DNA of 64,000 nucleotides from NCBI RefSeq assembly GCF_055900595.2, contig NZ_CM148325.1; one strand, 5' to 3'. Shown piece by piece: positions 62,527 to 64,000 of this stretch (position 1 is its first letter; each line of letters starts with the position of its first letter). The notes under the pieces were generated by a model. It saw only the letters and a program-made list of their open reading frames with translations, ran no database searches and was not told where the DNA came from. The position numbers and the translations under genes were made by a program.

Positions 62527-64000
62527 TCAGTTAGCGATAAAACGCTTCTCTTCTGTCAGTACTTGTAATAACAAACTTAACTGTGGTTTTTCATCTTTCA
62601 CTCTTTCACCACGTAAGTTGTAAGTACGGTATTTACCGTTATTGTTCAGCACCAGCGTCTTTTTCGGGGTGGTAATTGCCAGCGTATCGTTATCCGCGGC
62701 GGTAACCCAGTAATGACGGCGTTGAGGGTTGAACAAATCCTGACCTTGCGAATATTCGCTGGCAGGTGTGCTGACATGTAGCAGGCGTTGCATCAGCGTC
62801 GTCATCAGATCGGTATGATCAGTCAGCGCATTAATACGCTGCGCCGGCGTGCCTGGCCAGTGAATCACTAATGGTACCTGCAGATGACCGTGGGACCAGT
62901 CAAAGGTTTCTTCCTCTTCGCTCAGCGGAATACCCCGGCCGGCAGTGATAATCACCACCGTATTGTCCAGTTTGCCAGAATCACGCAGTGCATTGAGCAC
63001 GCGGTTGATCTGGTCATCGACATTGCCTGCCGCCCGGCTATATTTCCGTGCAAATGCCTGCTGATTGCTGTCGTCAATGTTAGTGCCATTGAAAGAGACC
63101 CACGAGAACCAGCGGTTATCTTCTTGTGCGTAGCGGCCCAGCCAGTTGATCCACTGCGTGGCGGTCTGCTCGTCGGATTGGGTACGTACGCTCGGCATCG
63201 AGAAATCTGACAACAATGCCTGGCGATACAGCGGGCTGGTAAAGCCATCTGACGAGAATAACCCCAGCTGATAGCCTTGCTGGTTAAGCGCAGTAATTAA
63301 CGCCGCAGGCGTACGGGTCGACAGAATGCCGTCCATATAGCTTGGCGAGATGCCATAGAACAGGCCAAAGATGCCGTTGTCTGTAGTGTTGCCGGAACTC
63401 ATATGACGTGTGAACGAAATATTTTGCTCAGCAAAACCTGCCAGTGCAGGCATCTGTTTCTCGAAGCGTGAGTAATTCAGGCCATCGACAGTGATCAACA
63501 GCACATTCTGCCCGGTGCCCATATCGCGATAGCGCAGCTCGCTTAACGGATACTGAACGGAAACAGCGTCTGGGTTACCTTGCTCAATGAGACGGCGTTG
63601 ATACTCTTGTGCATCAAGCAAACCATGCTTCTCAAGAAAACGTCGTGCCGTCATCGGGTACGAAAGCGGCAGGTTAGCGCGCTGCATGGTGATCGGGCGA
63701 TAGAAGTTGGCATCGGCCCAGATATACACCACATGCGAGGCAATAAAAGCGATAAATAAGAATGCGGCCAGCGGGCGCGCGAAGCGCCGACGACGCGTCA
63801 GGCTGCGAAGCTTTTGCCAGCTCCACGTCGCAAACACCAGTTCAAGCAATAAAATAACCGGCACGCTAATGAACATCAGCTGCCAGTCGCGCGCCATCTC
63901 ATTTTCGTCTGGGTTGATAACCAACTGCCAGACGATGGGATTAAGATGGAGATGGAAACGAGTAAAGACTTCGCTATCGATCAGTAATAGCGTCATTCCC
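62527..64000 (-). CDS. yejM: YejM/PbgA/LapC inner-membrane protein (cardiolipin transport / LPS homeostasis), 5' end beyond window
   Basis: ORF open to the window edge; the displayed part contains TM helices and the periplasmic sulfatase-like domain; synteny with proL. Confidence 0.85.
   Translation of the reverse strand, partial: GMTLLLIDSEVFTRFHLHLNPIVWQLVINPDENEMARDWQLMFISVPVILLLELVFATWSWQKLRSLTRRRRFARPLAAFLFIAFIASHVVYIWADANFYRPITMQRANLPLSYPMTARRFLEKHGLLDAQEYQRRLIEQGNPDAVSVQYPLSELRYRDMGTGQNVLLITVDGLNYSRFEKQMPALAGFAEQNISFTRHMSSGNTTDNGIFGLFYGISPSYMDGILSTRTPAALITALNQQGYQLGLFSSDGFTSPLYRQALLSDFSMPSVRTQSDEQTATQWINWLGRYAQEDNRWFSWVSFNGTNIDDSNQQAFARKYSRAAGNVDDQINRVLNALRDSGKLDNTVVIITAGRGIPLSEEEETFDWSHGHLQVPLVIHWPGTPAQRINALTDHTDLMTTLMQRLLHVSTPASEYSQGQDLFNPQRRHYWVTAADNDTLAITTPKKTLVLNNNGKYRTYNLRGERVKDEKPQLSLLLQVLTEEKRFIAN

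Overview
This window reads as ordinary Escherichia coli core chromosome, collinear (in reverse orientation) with the K-12 map region of roughly 2.28-2.35 Mb. I found no foreign island, prophage, IS element, CRISPR array or novel gene cluster, so the hunt yields allele-level observations rather than a new system. Gene order along the window: a yfaH-like LysR pseudogene fragment, inaA, yfaE-nrdB-nrdA (minus), yfaL autotransporter, ubiG (minus), gyrA, the yfaA-yfaT-yfaS-yfaQ-yfaP alpha-2-macroglobulin operon, atoB-atoE-atoA-atoD and atoC-atoS (minus), rcsC, rcsB-rcsD (minus), micF sRNA, ompC, apbE, ada-alkB, yojI, mqo, a tandem REP/BIME array, eco (minus), napFDAGHBC-ccmABCDEFGH, narP (minus), yejO autotransporter, tRNA-Pro (minus) and the 3' part of yejM (minus). 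Gene identities come from recognising the translated ORFs and their synteny; no database search was run. Three things stand out. (1) gyrA codon 83 is TTG (Leu) where the wild-type has Ser, the classic S83L quinolone-resistance change. (2) ompC carries an in-frame TAG at codon 82 where K-12 has Gln, with the rest of the frame intact, so it is a nonsense-mutated porin gene. (3) The yfaATSQP operon is fully intact; YfaS has LPEQ where thioester-type alpha-2-macroglobulins have CxEQ, and the operon's function is still unknown. Comparisons with K-12 (yfaS status, IS5 near yejO, OmpC loop sequences) are from memory and need alignment to confirm.
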